64,000 nucleotides of DNA from an uncultured Alphaproteobacteria bacterium (GTDB lineage Bacteria > Pseudomonadota > Alphaproteobacteria > Sphingomonadales > Sphingomonadaceae): NCBI GenBank assembly GCA_963850395.1, contig CAWKKZ010000001.1:23559-87558 (forward strand), in the 5' to 3' direction. Numbering within the stretch: the stretch's first letter is position 1; every line of letters begins with the position of its first letter. Of the stretch, positions 48,352 to 57,867 are shown piece after piece. The position numbers were made by a program, and so were the translations under genes. The notes beneath the pieces were generated by a model, which did not search any database, had not been told where the DNA came from, and saw only the letters and a program-made list of their open reading frames with translations.

Positions 48352-48795
48352 TTACCGGAAGTTGAGCACCTGCCACAGCTGGGAGCCGAGCACCTTGCGG
48401 TACTTGGCGCGTTCACCCGAGGCTGCCTGCATCTGGACGTCGGTTTGTTTGACGTGGTCACGATACTGCTTGTTGCGCCGCTCTTCTTCGGCTGTGTCGG
48501 CAAAGTTCTTGAACCGCGTGACAAGAATCAGGTCTGGCTCGCCGGGACGCCCGTTGACGTTACTCAGCACTTCATACCCGGTGATCCAGCCTTGCGACTT
48601 GGCGTATTCCTGGTTGGCGCGCCACACCCCGGCAAGATGGTTGGCATAGTCAAGGAAGTGCCCGTCATCGATCGAGATAGATGAAACTTCGACATACTCC
48701 CCGCCGATCATCGGATTGGACTGCGCTAGCGCCGGGGCGGCGAAGGCCAGTGAAAGTGAAGCGGCAAGCACAGCCGCGCGACGTAGTGCATTCAT
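48352..48795 (-). CDS. Secreted hypothetical protein
   Basis: Signal peptide ending AFAAPALA; sphingomonad-type small alpha/beta protein. Confidence 0.75.
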   Translation of the reverse strand: MNALRRAAVLAASLSLAFAAPALAQSNPMIGGEYVEVSSISIDDGHFLDYANHLAGVWRANQEYAKSQGWITGYEVLSNVNGRPGEPDLILVTRFKNFADTAEEERRNKQYRDHVKQTDVQMQAASGERAKYRKVLGSQLWQVLNFR

Positions 48796-49030
48796 ATCAT
48801 TCTACTCCTCGGGTGGTCGCAAACAGGCACCGGCTAATTACCGATCCTTGCGCTGACAAAACTCGGAGCCGGGCGACCCGTGTCCCAAAACGAATCCGCC
48901 CCCAAGTACTGCAGAGGCTAAGGTCGTCGCTGGCTGATGCCTAGTTACCCTTCGATAGGGGGTATCGTTCCGCGCCGCTGCCACGCCCTTTCGACTTGCC
49001 ATGGCCGCGTCCTGCGGCAAGAGAGCCGGG

Positions 49031-49495
49031 ATGGCTGAGTATTCCATCCGTGAGGACGATTTGAGCGGCGCGCCAGTTGCTGCACTGCTGCAGCTGCACC
49101 TCGACGACATGTACAAATGGACGCCGCCAGAGAGCGTCCATGCGATGCCAATCGAGCGGCTGCGCGCGCCCGACGTTACATTTTATACCGCCTGGGACGA
49201 AAGTCGGCTGGCAGCCTGCGGCGCGCTCAAGCAGCTTGCTCCCGATCATGGCGAGATCAAGTCGATGCGCGCCGATCCGCAATACCGCGGTAAGGGCGCA
49301 GGGCGCGCGATCTTGCTGCACCTCCTCGCCGAGGGTCGGACGCGTGGCTATACCCGCCTCAGCCTGGAAACCGGCGCGCCTGAGGATTTCCTTCCGGCAC
49401 GCCGGCTTTACGCCAGCCACGGCTTCAGCGAATGCGGCCCGTTAACCGGCTATGTCGATGATCCGTTCAGCTTATTCATGACGAGGACGCTATGA
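49031..49495 (+). CDS. GNAT acetyltransferase
   Basis: SVHAMP, GEIKSMR, RGKGAG, LSLETG, A.RLY...GF. Confidence 0.92.
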   Translation: MAEYSIREDDLSGAPVAALLQLHLDDMYKWTPPESVHAMPIERLRAPDVTFYTAWDESRLAACGALKQLAPDHGEIKSMRADPQYRGKGAGRAILLHLLAEGRTRGYTRLSLETGAPEDFLPARRLYASHGFSECGPLTGYVDDPFSLFMTRTL

Positions 49496-50013
49496 GCGAG
49501 CTGACCCTGCGTCCTGCCACCCCGGCTGACACCGCCGCGCTTTCGCGGCTTGGCATCGAGAGCTTTGTCGACGCGTTCGGTGATATGTACCAGCCCGAAG
49601 ATCTTGCTGCTTTCCTCGCCCAGACCAAGTCCGAAACCTCGATCGCGGCCCAGATTGCCGACCCTATGGCGCCGATCCAGCTGGCCGAACGCGCCGGGCA
49701 GCTGCTCGGCTATTGCCGGCTTGGTCTCGAATGCGGCTGGCCTGACCATGCTCGCGGCAACATGGCGATGGAGCTCAAGCAACTTTACCTGGATTCGGCC
49801 GCGACCGGATTGGGAATTGGTGGATTGCTGATGGGCTGGGCAACCGCCGAATGCGCGGCGCACGGTGCGGATGAAATCCAGCTCTCGGTATTCTCTGGCA
49901 ACCACGGGGCCCAGCGATTCTACGCCCACCACGGTTTCGAAAAGATCGCCGACGTGACCTTTCGTGTTGGCCAGCAGATCGACCACGAATTCCTGTTCGC
50001 GCGGATGATTTAG
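49492..50013 (+). CDS. GNAT acetyltransferase (PaiA-like)
   Basis: ELKQLYL, GLGIG, AQRFY..HGF; ATGA overlap with the upstream gene. Confidence 0.9.
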   Translation: MSELTLRPATPADTAALSRLGIESFVDAFGDMYQPEDLAAFLAQTKSETSIAAQIADPMAPIQLAERAGQLLGYCRLGLECGWPDHARGNMAMELKQLYLDSAATGLGIGGLLMGWATAECAAHGADEIQLSVFSGNHGAQRFYAHHGFEKIADVTFRVGQQIDHEFLFARMI

Positions 50014-50055
50014 GCGGGCTTTACCTCGGTGGCGCGTCCGCCTAGGGAACGCGCG

Positions 50056-50433
50056 ATGACCGCGCGGCGCCGCCTCTCACCGACCTGGGTCTGGTTGCTG
50101 CTTGTTTTAGCGCTAGCGCTGCGGCTGGCTGCGCCGCCGGGCTGGATGCCGGTGGCCGACAGCGGCGGGATCCGCGTCGCGCTGTGCACTGACAGCGGGA
50201 TCAAAACGGTGCGACTCGATACCGGCGAACCCGCCAAGAGCGGAGCCGAAAGGCGCGATCCCTGCCCATTTGGTCTTGCTGGCGGCAAGGCAATAACCGG
50301 TCCACCTGCGCCGGAGCTGACACAAGCACCCGCAATGCTCGCCGCCTTGCACTTGCCGATGCTGAGCGCGGCCAGGCTCACTGTCCAGCGAGCGCTGCGT
50401 CCGCCGGCCCGGGGACCCCCGTTGTCTGCCTGA
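50056..50433 (+). CDS. DUF2946-like small protein
   Basis: PGWMP, VALCT, CPF and C-terminal PPARGPP. Confidence 0.75.
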   Translation: MTARRRLSPTWVWLLLVLALALRLAAPPGWMPVADSGGIRVALCTDSGIKTVRLDTGEPAKSGAERRDPCPFGLAGGKAITGPPAPELTQAPAMLAALHLPMLSAARLTVQRALRPPARGPPLSA

Positions 50434-50479
50434 TCTCCTACCGAACCCAATTCGCAAGATCAGATGAAAGACCAATACG

Positions 50480-51547
50480 ATGATGAACATTATGATGCGC
50501 GGCGCATTGGCGCTGCCGCTGCTGCTCGCCGCACCGATGGCGCGAGCTGAGTTTGCAGAAGCTGAAGCCGATATTGTCGCACTGGGCCTGCGCCCCGAAG
50601 CCCACGGGCCCGCCGGGACGATGGCAGACCACGTCCACAAGCGCGGCGATCTGATGATCGGGCTGATGTGGATGCACGAAGACTTTGGCGGCGCCAATCG
50701 CCGGGGCAGCAGGCCCGTCGCCGATGCCGAAGTCTCCGCTGCCGGATTTGCCACCAAGGCCGACGCGATGACGATGGACATGGCCATGCTCCACGTCATG
50801 TACGCCCCTTCCAACCGGGTTACGCTGATGCTGGTGCCAAGCTGGATGCGGATGAAGATGCGGATGGAGGGTCTTCCCGGCGCGAGCGGCGACGGACACG
50901 GCGGGCATGGCGGCCACGCATTGTTGCCGGGCGAGACTATGACGCACGCTGTGTCCGGCCTTGGCGACACCCAGATCGGGGCGCTGGTTTCGCTCTCGCG
51001 GCGACCGCAGCTGTCAATCCACTCCGGACTTGTGGTCTCGGCACCGACCGGCAAGGCCACCCGCAAGGACGCCGATGGCACCTACCTTCACTACATGATG
51101 CAGGGCGGATCGGGAACCTGGGACCTCAACCCCAGTCTGACCGTGCATGGCGCCAACGCGAGCTTCGGCTGGGGTGCGCAGGCGGCTTATTTGTTCCGCG
51201 CCGAGAACAAGAACCAGGCCGGATTTCGCTTTGGCGACCGATTCACCGCGACCGTCTGGGCATCGAAGCCGCTATTACCGCAGGTCTCGCTCTCGGGGCG
51301 TCTCGCATGGAGCGACGAAGGGACAATTGAGGGGCATTACAACGGCCCGCACAGCCACAGCTCGCCGCCCGACCGTCAGGCCAATTATGGCGGGCAGCGT
51401 TTAGAAGGCGCTCTCGGCGTCAATGCGATCGTCGGCGGGCGGGTGCGGATTGGTGCCGAAACATCACTGCCGCTCTTCCAAAACGTCAACGGCATCCAAC
51501 TGTCCAAGCGTTTCGGTGCCAATCTAAACGCGAGCACGATGTTCTGA
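50480..51547 (+). CDS. His/Met-rich outer-membrane beta-barrel (transporter family), probable metal uptake
   Basis: Signal peptide; HGP...M.DHVH, MTMDMAMLHVMYAP, GHGGHGGH, G.GD, C-terminal Phe. Confidence 0.75.
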   Translation: MMNIMMRGALALPLLLAAPMARAEFAEAEADIVALGLRPEAHGPAGTMADHVHKRGDLMIGLMWMHEDFGGANRRGSRPVADAEVSAAGFATKADAMTMDMAMLHVMYAPSNRVTLMLVPSWMRMKMRMEGLPGASGDGHGGHGGHALLPGETMTHAVSGLGDTQIGALVSLSRRPQLSIHSGLVVSAPTGKATRKDADGTYLHYMMQGGSGTWDLNPSLTVHGANASFGWGAQAAYLFRAENKNQAGFRFGDRFTATVWASKPLLPQVSLSGRLAWSDEGTIEGHYNGPHSHSSPPDRQANYGGQRLEGALGVNAIVGGRVRIGAETSLPLFQNVNGIQLSKRFGANLNASTMF

Positions 51548-51570
51548 AAATGTCGGGAGCTCCGCTTGCC

Positions 51571-52434
51571 TCAACGCAGCGGAGCCTCGACTTCACGGAT
51601 GCCGAGCACGGCGGAAACGTAGTTGATCGGGGCGTGATCGGTCATCCCGCGCAGCGGCAGCTCACCCCGGCGCAGTTTGGTCGAGGTCCGGCCAGCACGC
51701 CGCGCTGCCTTGGCATCGGCGCGGCGCAAGGCCGCGTCGGGCGCCGTTGCAACGACCTGCCCGAAGCGGTCAATGTAGCGCTCGTCGCCGACGTGGGCGT
51801 AGCCCAGCCAAGGCCACGGAACCGAGGCAACGCCGTCGCACCCTGCGGCATAGCGGCGGGCACTGCGGCCAGCAAAGCGTTTGGCAAAGGCTGGGTTCCC
51901 GACCCGCGGCGAGCCGAAGGTGACCAGTTCAGCCTCGGGCCGGTCGGCCGCGAGCAAGGTTGCCAGCGCCCCGCCAAGGCTGTGCCCGGTCGTGATCAGG
52001 CTCGCGTGCGGGTTGCCCGCCAGCCAGACCGCGATCGGTCCCGCCAACCGCCGATAAGCCCAGCGAAAGCCCGCGTGAACCTTCGCTTCGCCATCCCAGG
52101 CGACCCGCCACGCAGAGAGGTCAACCGGAACATCGGTCCACGAAGCGACATGAGTCCCGCGCCAGGCGATCCAGGCGGATCCCTGAGCATCGAGCGTTGC
52201 AAAGGCCTGGGTGCCCGAACGGCGGTCCGAAAAGCCGGTGGCGGCAGTGAAACCCAACTCCGCCAACGCCACGTCGAGCCGCGCCATGCCGCCGCTTTCG
52301 TGGCGGTAATAGGCTAGCCGCGACAGTTCCGCGCCCAGCGCATCGCGATTCCAGCCTTGCGCTCCCGGCGCGGGCGTGTCGTTGCTTTCAGGCACGAACA
52401 GGCTGCGCCATGTGGCATCGTAGCGCATCGCCAT
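51571..52434 (-). CDS. Lipase, class 3 family
   Basis: [21 protein letters not shown] (GxSxG), [10 protein letters not shown]-terminal DH. Confidence 0.9.
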   Translation of the reverse strand: MAMRYDATWRSLFVPESNDTPAPGAQGWNRDALGAELSRLAYYRHESGGMARLDVALAELGFTAATGFSDRRSGTQAFATLDAQGSAWIAWRGTHVASWTDVPVDLSAWRVAWDGEAKVHAGFRWAYRRLAGPIAVWLAGNPHASLITTGHSLGGALATLLAADRPEAELVTFGSPRVGNPAFAKRFAGRSARRYAAGCDGVASVPWPWLGYAHVGDERYIDRFGQVVATAPDAALRRADAKAARRAGRTSTKLRRGELPLRGMTDHAPINYVSAVLGIREVEAPLR

Positions 52435-52476
52435 CTCCCCCATTGCCCCGCGATCAGGCCCACCTATATGCAAGGC

Positions 52477-53616
52477 ATGTCTTCAATCAGACCCTGGCGC
52501 GATATCGCACGCCGCAGCAGCAGGCAAATCATGGTCGGCAAGGTGCCGGTTGGCGGTGATGCGCCGATCACGGTCCAGACCATGACCAACACCCTGACCA
52601 GCGACGCCGCCGCGACGATCGACCAGATCCGCCGCTGCGTGGAGGCTGGAGCCGACCTGGTCCGGGTCTCCTGCCCCGACGCGGCGAGCACCGCGGCGCT
52701 GCCGCAGATCGTCCGTGCCGCTGAAGTGCCGCTGATCGCCGACATCCATTTCCACTACAAGCGCGCACTCGAAGCCGCAGATGCGGGAGCGGCATGCCTC
52801 AGGATCAACCCCGGCAACATCGGTTCCAGCCAGCGCGTTGCCGAAGTGGTCCGCGCCGCCAAGGCCAACGGCTGCGCGATCCGGATCGGGGTTAACGCCG
52901 GCAGCCTCGAGAAAGACCTGCTCGAAAAATATGGTGAGCCCTGCCCCGAGGCGCTGGTGGAGAGCGCGCTTGATCATATCAAGCTGCTGCAAGACCATGA
53001 TTTTCACGAATACAAGGTGGCGGTGAAGGCCAGCGACGTGTTCCTGGCAGTGGCCGCCTATATGCAGCTAGCCGAGACGGTCGACTGCCCGCTGCACCTC
53101 GGAATTACCGAGGCCGGCGGGCTGATCGGTGGCACAGTGAAAAGCGCGATCGGGATGGGCAACCTGCTGTGGGCCGGAATCGGCGACACCATCCGCGTTT
53201 CGCTCTCGGCCGAGCCCGAGGAGGAAGTGCGGGTCGGCTATGAGCTCCTCAAGAGCCTGGGACTGCGCACCCGCGGAGTGCGGATCGTCTCGTGCCCGAG
53301 CTGCGCACGCCAGGGCTTCGACGTGATCCGCACGGTCGAGAAGCTCGAAGACGCGCTCAGCCACATCAAAACCCCGATGAGCCTTTCGGTACTCGGCTGC
53401 GTGGTCAACGGCCCCGGCGAAGCGCGCGAGACCGACATCGGCATCACCGGCGGCGGCCAGGGCAAGCACATGGTCTATCTCTCCGGCGTCACCGATCACC
53501 ACGTCCAGGACACCGGGATGATCGCACACATCGTCACCCTGGTCGAAGCTAAAGCCGCAGAGATTGAAGCCGGACACGCGGTATCGATGGACGTAACCCA
53601 CGGCAAAGCAGCGTAA
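52477..53616 (+). CDS. ispG: (E)-4-hydroxy-3-methylbut-2-enyl-diphosphate synthase
   Basis: [50 protein letters not shown]. Confidence 0.97.
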   Translation: MSSIRPWRDIARRSSRQIMVGKVPVGGDAPITVQTMTNTLTSDAAATIDQIRRCVEAGADLVRVSCPDAASTAALPQIVRAAEVPLIADIHFHYKRALEAADAGAACLRINPGNIGSSQRVAEVVRAAKANGCAIRIGVNAGSLEKDLLEKYGEPCPEALVESALDHIKLLQDHDFHEYKVAVKASDVFLAVAAYMQLAETVDCPLHLGITEAGGLIGGTVKSAIGMGNLLWAGIGDTIRVSLSAEPEEEVRVGYELLKSLGLRTRGVRIVSCPSCARQGFDVIRTVEKLEDALSHIKTPMSLSVLGCVVNGPGEARETDIGITGGGQGKHMVYLSGVTDHHVQDTGMIAHIVTLVEAKAAEIEAGHAVSMDVTHGKAA

Positions 53617-53656
53617 AAACACTGTTCGCAATCCGGTAACCAGTGGCGCGTAGACT

Positions 53657-54178
53657 ATGGCCGCGATGAACAGACTTTACCTCATCCTGCTCGGATCAGT
53701 CGGAGCGATGAGCCTGCTGGCGGCGGCATTCAGTGCGAACCAGCCGGAACAAGCAGAACCGATCGCAGCTGCTACCACGGCAGGGCGCGATGCGGTCCCC
53801 GATGGCTGGCACGATAGCCAGGCGCTGATCTTGCGACGTGACAGCTCGGGCCAGTTCCACGTCAATGCCCAGGTCAACGGCGAAAGCGTGAATTTTCTGG
53901 TCGATACCGGCGCCGACCTGGTCGCGCTGACCCCGGAAGACGCTGAAACACTGGGCCTGGTGTTCGGGGAAATGCAGCCGATCATGCAAACCGCTTCCGG
54001 CGTAGGTTACGGCGCCCCGGTGACAATCGACGAGATCGAAGTGGCTGGAACAATTCTGCACAATGTTGATGCGGTGGTCGCTCAGGACTTGCCGGTCAAT
54101 CTGCTCGGCCAGACAGTGCTGCGCCAGCTTGGCGGGGTCGAGATGAGGGGCGACCAGATGGTGCTTCGCCCCCGCTGA
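53657..54178 (+). CDS. Clan AA aspartic protease (TIGR02281-type)
   Basis: GQFHV.AQVNG, FLVDTGAD, TASG, LLGQTVL. Confidence 0.9.
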   Translation: MAAMNRLYLILLGSVGAMSLLAAAFSANQPEQAEPIAAATTAGRDAVPDGWHDSQALILRRDSSGQFHVNAQVNGESVNFLVDTGADLVALTPEDAETLGLVFGEMQPIMQTASGVGYGAPVTIDEIEVAGTILHNVDAVVAQDLPVNLLGQTVLRQLGGVEMRGDQMVLRPR

Positions 54179-54209
54179 CAAACGCCGAACGATCGGTTAG
54201 GGGCGAGCG

Positions 54210-55121
54210 ATGCGCGCCTCACGACCTGGACTTCCGCCACTTTCCCTGCTGCTCGCGCTGGCCGTTATGGCGGTCTGGGGCTCGAATTTCGTTGTCATCA
54301 AGTTCGCGCTGAGCCATTTGCCGCCGCTGACATTGGCCTTGCTGCGGTTTACCCTGGCGTTTTTCCCGCTGGCGCTGTTTCTGCCGCGCCCGCGGGTCCC
54401 GTGGCGCAACCTCGCCGCGTATGGCCTGCTGATCGGAGCAGGGCAGTTCGGATTGCTGTTTACCGCGATGCGCGCTGACATCACCCCAGGGCTCGCTTCG
54501 CTGGTGGTCCAGGCTCAGGTGTTCTTCACGATCGGGCTTGCGGCCTGGCTGAGCGGTGAGCGGCCCGCCGTAGCACAGCTTTGCGCACTGCTGCTGGCCA
54601 GCGCCGGGATCGGCGTGATCGCTCTCAACACCGATGGTAGCGCCACCCCGCTGGGCCTGGCGCTGGTGCTTGGCGCAGCGGCGAGCTGGGCCGGAGGCAA
54701 CATAGTTTCGCGCAGCGCGGGGTCGGTCAATATGCTGGCCTACGTCGTCTGGTCGAGCCTGTTCGCAGTTCCTCCGCTGCTGGGGTTGGCGGTGATGCTG
54801 GAAGGCTGGCCGCGGATTGCCGCCGGGATTGCCGATGCCGATGGAGCGACCTGGGCCGCGGTGCTGTGGCAAAGCGTGGGCAACACGATGTTCGGTTACG
54901 GTGCCTGGGGCTGGCTGCTGGCCCGGCATGACGCGACCAGCGTCGCACCACTGGCATTACTGGTGCCGGTGTTCGGCTTGTCGAGCTCGGCATTGGTATT
55001 GGGTGAGACGCTTCAGCCCTGGAAACTTGCCGCTTTTGCCCTGGTCATGGTCGGCCTAGCTTTGGGCATCCTGTGGCCGCGGTTGGCGACTTGGCTGAGT
55101 GAACGGCGGCACAAGATTTAG
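54210..55121 (+). CDS. EamA/DMT family transporter
   Basis: WGSNFVVIK, LRF, GLASLVVQAQVFFT, LLVPVFG. Confidence 0.92.
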   Translation: MRASRPGLPPLSLLLALAVMAVWGSNFVVIKFALSHLPPLTLALLRFTLAFFPLALFLPRPRVPWRNLAAYGLLIGAGQFGLLFTAMRADITPGLASLVVQAQVFFTIGLAAWLSGERPAVAQLCALLLASAGIGVIALNTDGSATPLGLALVLGAAASWAGGNIVSRSAGSVNMLAYVVWSSLFAVPPLLGLAVMLEGWPRIAAGIADADGATWAAVLWQSVGNTMFGYGAWGWLLARHDATSVAPLALLVPVFGLSSSALVLGETLQPWKLAAFALVMVGLALGILWPRLATWLSERRHKI

Positions 55122-55125
55122 GGTA

Positions 55126-55186
55126 TGGTGGCGGAGCGGGAGGGATTGTCCTTCGCTTCGCTTCGGTCGCCTTCGGCTCGAACCCT
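55126..55186 (-). other. Displaced tRNA-Ser-like 3' fragment (putative att site) with a 31-nt T-loop insertion
   Basis: Minus strand reads AGGGTTCGA-[31 nt]-ATCCCTCCCGCTCCGCCACCA: T-arm, acceptor 3' strand, discriminator G and CCA; no 5' half of a tRNA adjoins it. Confidence 0.7.
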
Positions 55187-55246
55187 ACAGGCTCCTCGCC
55201 CAGCCCAATCCGCCGTCCCGCCCCGCCTTCGGCAGGGCAGGCTGGC

Positions 55247-56064
55247 GGTGCTGTCAGGCAAACGCTAACTTGTCTCTGCCGGCGGCCTATTGCCGCGTAG
55301 AGGGACAGGCATGAAACCCATTTCCTACAAGCGCCACCGATTTCCGCCGGACACGATCCGCCTGGCGGTGTGGCTTTATTTCCGTTTCACCACGGGCCTG
55401 CGCGACGTTGAGGAGATGCTCGCCGAACGCGGCATCGACGTCACCTACGAGACCGTTCGCTGCTGGGCCAACAAGTTCGGCCCGGCCATCGCCGCCAACA
55501 TTCGCCGCAAGCGCGGACGTGCCGAAAGCGTCTAGCATCTCGACGAAATGGTGGTCCGCATCGGTGGCAAACGGATGTTCATGTGGCGGGCCGTAGACCA
55601 GGAAGGTGAGGTGCTGGACATGCTGGTCCAGAAACGACGGAACAAGACTGCCGCGCTAAAATTGCTCAGGAAACTGCTCAAAAGCCAAGGCTACATGCCG
55701 GACGAAATTGTGACTGACGGATTGGCTTAATACAAGGCCGCGATGAAGGATCTGGGTTGTAAGGATCGCCATCGACCAGGCCGATTGCGAGACAACAACA
55801 GGGTCGAAAATTCCCACCTGCCTGTCCGACGACGAGAGCGAAAGATGCAGCGGTTCAAGTCCCAGGGTCAGGCCCAGCGGTTCGTTTCCACCCACAGTGC
55901 AATCTACAACACCTTCAATATCCAGCGTCACCTCATCAGCCGAAACACCATGCGTCAGCTCCGAGCGTCGGCCATAGAGGAGTGGCTCGCCGCGTCCGCT
56001 GTCGCAGCGTGAAATCCCACGTATCGGGCGTCGTGCGATCTTGGGAAGTTAACTTGACAATGCC
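55247..56064 (+). mobile_element. IS6 family insertion sequence (about 818 bp)
   Basis: Imperfect terminal inverted repeats GGTGCTGTCAGG (left) and GGCATTGTCAAG (right, reverse complement) around an IS6-type transposase. Confidence 0.75.
55311..56012 (+). pseudogene. IS6 family transposase with two in-frame nonsense codons
   Basis: YKRHRFP, V.YETVRCW, (W)HLDEM, WRAVD.EGEVLD, NNRVENSH; TAG at 55533 and TAA at 55728, all fragments in one frame. Confidence 0.92.
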
Positions 56065-56073
56065 AGGTGGAGA

Positions 56074-57726
56074 CTAAGCGGCCGTCATGCCCACGTCCAA
56101 GCTCTGCGCAATCTCTCGCAGCACAACTTTCTGGACCTTTCCAGTCGATGTTCTTGGCAGTGGTGCAAAGGAATATGCTCTTGGCAGCTTGAAGCCGGCG
56201 AGCTGGGCGCGACAGAAGGCGTCCAGTTCAGCCGAGCCTGCCTGACAGCCGTCGCGAAGTTCAATGAATGCGCAGGGTACTTCTCCCCATCGGGTATCCG
56301 GCTTGGCAACGACTGCCGCATGCAGCACTGCCGGATGTTGGTGAAGGATATCCTCCACCTCAAGCGACGAGACATTTTCGCCACCCGAAATGATGACGTC
56401 CTTGGATCGATCGGTGATGCGCGCATACCCGTCGGGATCCAGCACCGCCAGGTCGCCGGTATGAAACCAGCCCCCGTGGAACGCCATATCGGTAGCATCG
56501 GGATTCTTCAGGTAGCCGCTCATAGTAGCATTCCCCCGAAACATGATTTCGCCCACCGTTTCCCCATCTGCCGGGACGGGCAGCATCGTCTCAGGATCGA
56601 GGACGCACATCTCCTCCTGCGAAATCATCGCCATGCCTTGGCGGGCATTGAGCCGTGCCCGTTCCGCAGCCGACAAGGAACGCCACTCGGGCTGTTTCGC
56701 GCACACGGCGGCAGGTCCGTAAACCTCGGTGAGCCCGTAGACGTGCGTAAAATCGAAGCCGAGACTATCGCCGCTCTCGATCATGGCGCTTGGGGGCGCA
56801 GCGCCTGCAACCATCCCGTCCAACCGTCGCGGTAGCACCGCGCCCGTCCGGGCCAGCTCGTCGATCAACATCGTGTAGACAATGGGCGCGCCGCTCATGT
56901 GCGAGACGCCATGCGTTTGGATCAGATCTAGTGTGACGACGGGATCGACCCGCCTCAGACAGATGTTCGTGCCCCCCTGAGCCGCAATGGCCCACGGAAA
57001 GCACCAGCCATTGCAGTGGAACATTGGCAGCGTCCAAAGGTAGACCGGATTGTGCGGCATGGACCAGGTTATGATCTGGGCAAGGGCATTCAGATGCGCA
57101 CCGCGGTGGTGCGTCACGACGCCCTTGGGATCGCCCGTGGTCCCGGAGGTGTAGTTGAGGGCGATGGGCTCTCGCTCGTCCTCAGGGAAAAGCCATGCGA
57201 AGTCGGCGCTGCCTTCTTCGAGCAGCGCCTCGTAGTCGAGTTCGCCAACCAGCTCGTGCGGTCCGGAATAGACCTCGTCGACTATATCGATGAGGAGGGG
57301 CTTCGCCGCCAGAGAAGCCACGGCAGCCGCGACCGGAGTGCCATATTCGGAGTCGACAAGAACCACCCGCGCACCGCTATGCGCGAGCTGAAATGCGATT
57401 TCGTCGGCCTTGAGACGTGTATTGAGTGTATTGAGAACGGCCCCCGCCATCGGAACACCGAAGTGCGCCTCATACATGGCCGGGATATTGGGAGAGATGA
57501 CCGCTATGATGTCTCCCCGGCCAATCCCGCGTTTCTCCAATGCCGAGGCCAGTTTCCGGCAACGATTGTAAGTCTCCCGCCAAGTCCTTCGGAGTGATCC
57601 ATGAACGAGCGCGATCCGCTCGGGATAGACATGTGCGGCTCTGGGCAAAAACGACAATGGCGTCAGCGGCGTGAAATGCGCCCGCTGGTGTTGCATGCCA
57701 AGAAAGACCTCATTTCCGTCAGTCAT
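56074..57726 (-). CDS. Acyl-CoA synthetase (AMP-forming)
   Basis: TPLTPLSFL, YTSGTTGDPKG, LPMFHCNGW, YGLTE, WFHTGD, DRSKDVIISGGEN, TSTGK. Confidence 0.95.
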   Translation of the reverse strand: MTDGNEVFLGMQHQRAHFTPLTPLSFLPRAAHVYPERIALVHGSLRRTWRETYNRCRKLASALEKRGIGRGDIIAVISPNIPAMYEAHFGVPMAGAVLNTLNTRLKADEIAFQLAHSGARVVLVDSEYGTPVAAAVASLAAKPLLIDIVDEVYSGPHELVGELDYEALLEEGSADFAWLFPEDEREPIALNYTSGTTGDPKGVVTHHRGAHLNALAQIITWSMPHNPVYLWTLPMFHCNGWCFPWAIAAQGGTNICLRRVDPVVTLDLIQTHGVSHMSGAPIVYTMLIDELARTGAVLPRRLDGMVAGAAPPSAMIESGDSLGFDFTHVYGLTEVYGPAAVCAKQPEWRSLSAAERARLNARQGMAMISQEEMCVLDPETMLPVPADGETVGEIMFRGNATMSGYLKNPDATDMAFHGGWFHTGDLAVLDPDGYARITDRSKDVIISGGENVSSLEVEDILHQHPAVLHAAVVAKPDTRWGEVPCAFIELRDGCQAGSAELDAFCRAQLAGFKLPRAYSFAPLPRTSTGKVQKVVLREIAQSLDVGMTAA

Positions 57727-57867
57727 AATGCCAAGCCACGCGAAGTTGAAGTTTCAGATCCCAAGTCCGTCCAGACGATTTGAGAGTAGTGATCACGGCG
57801 CCGTAGGCGATCTGCAGTGTCGCGACGTCTGTTATATCCAGCGTCGCCGATAGTTCGCGAGGGCTGA

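Noticed and set aside
48800-49030. Possible riboswitch or sRNA in the divergent spacer
   Set aside because: Only short hairpins; no recognisable aptamer consensus
51571-52434. Lipase as a T6SS effector with an immunity gene
   Set aside because: No VgrG/PAAR or adjacent immunity-like gene; it looks like a stand-alone class 3 lipase
55126-55260. Functional tRNA with an intron
   Set aside because: No anticodon arm, D-arm or 5' acceptor strand upstream on the minus strand; only the 3' part is present
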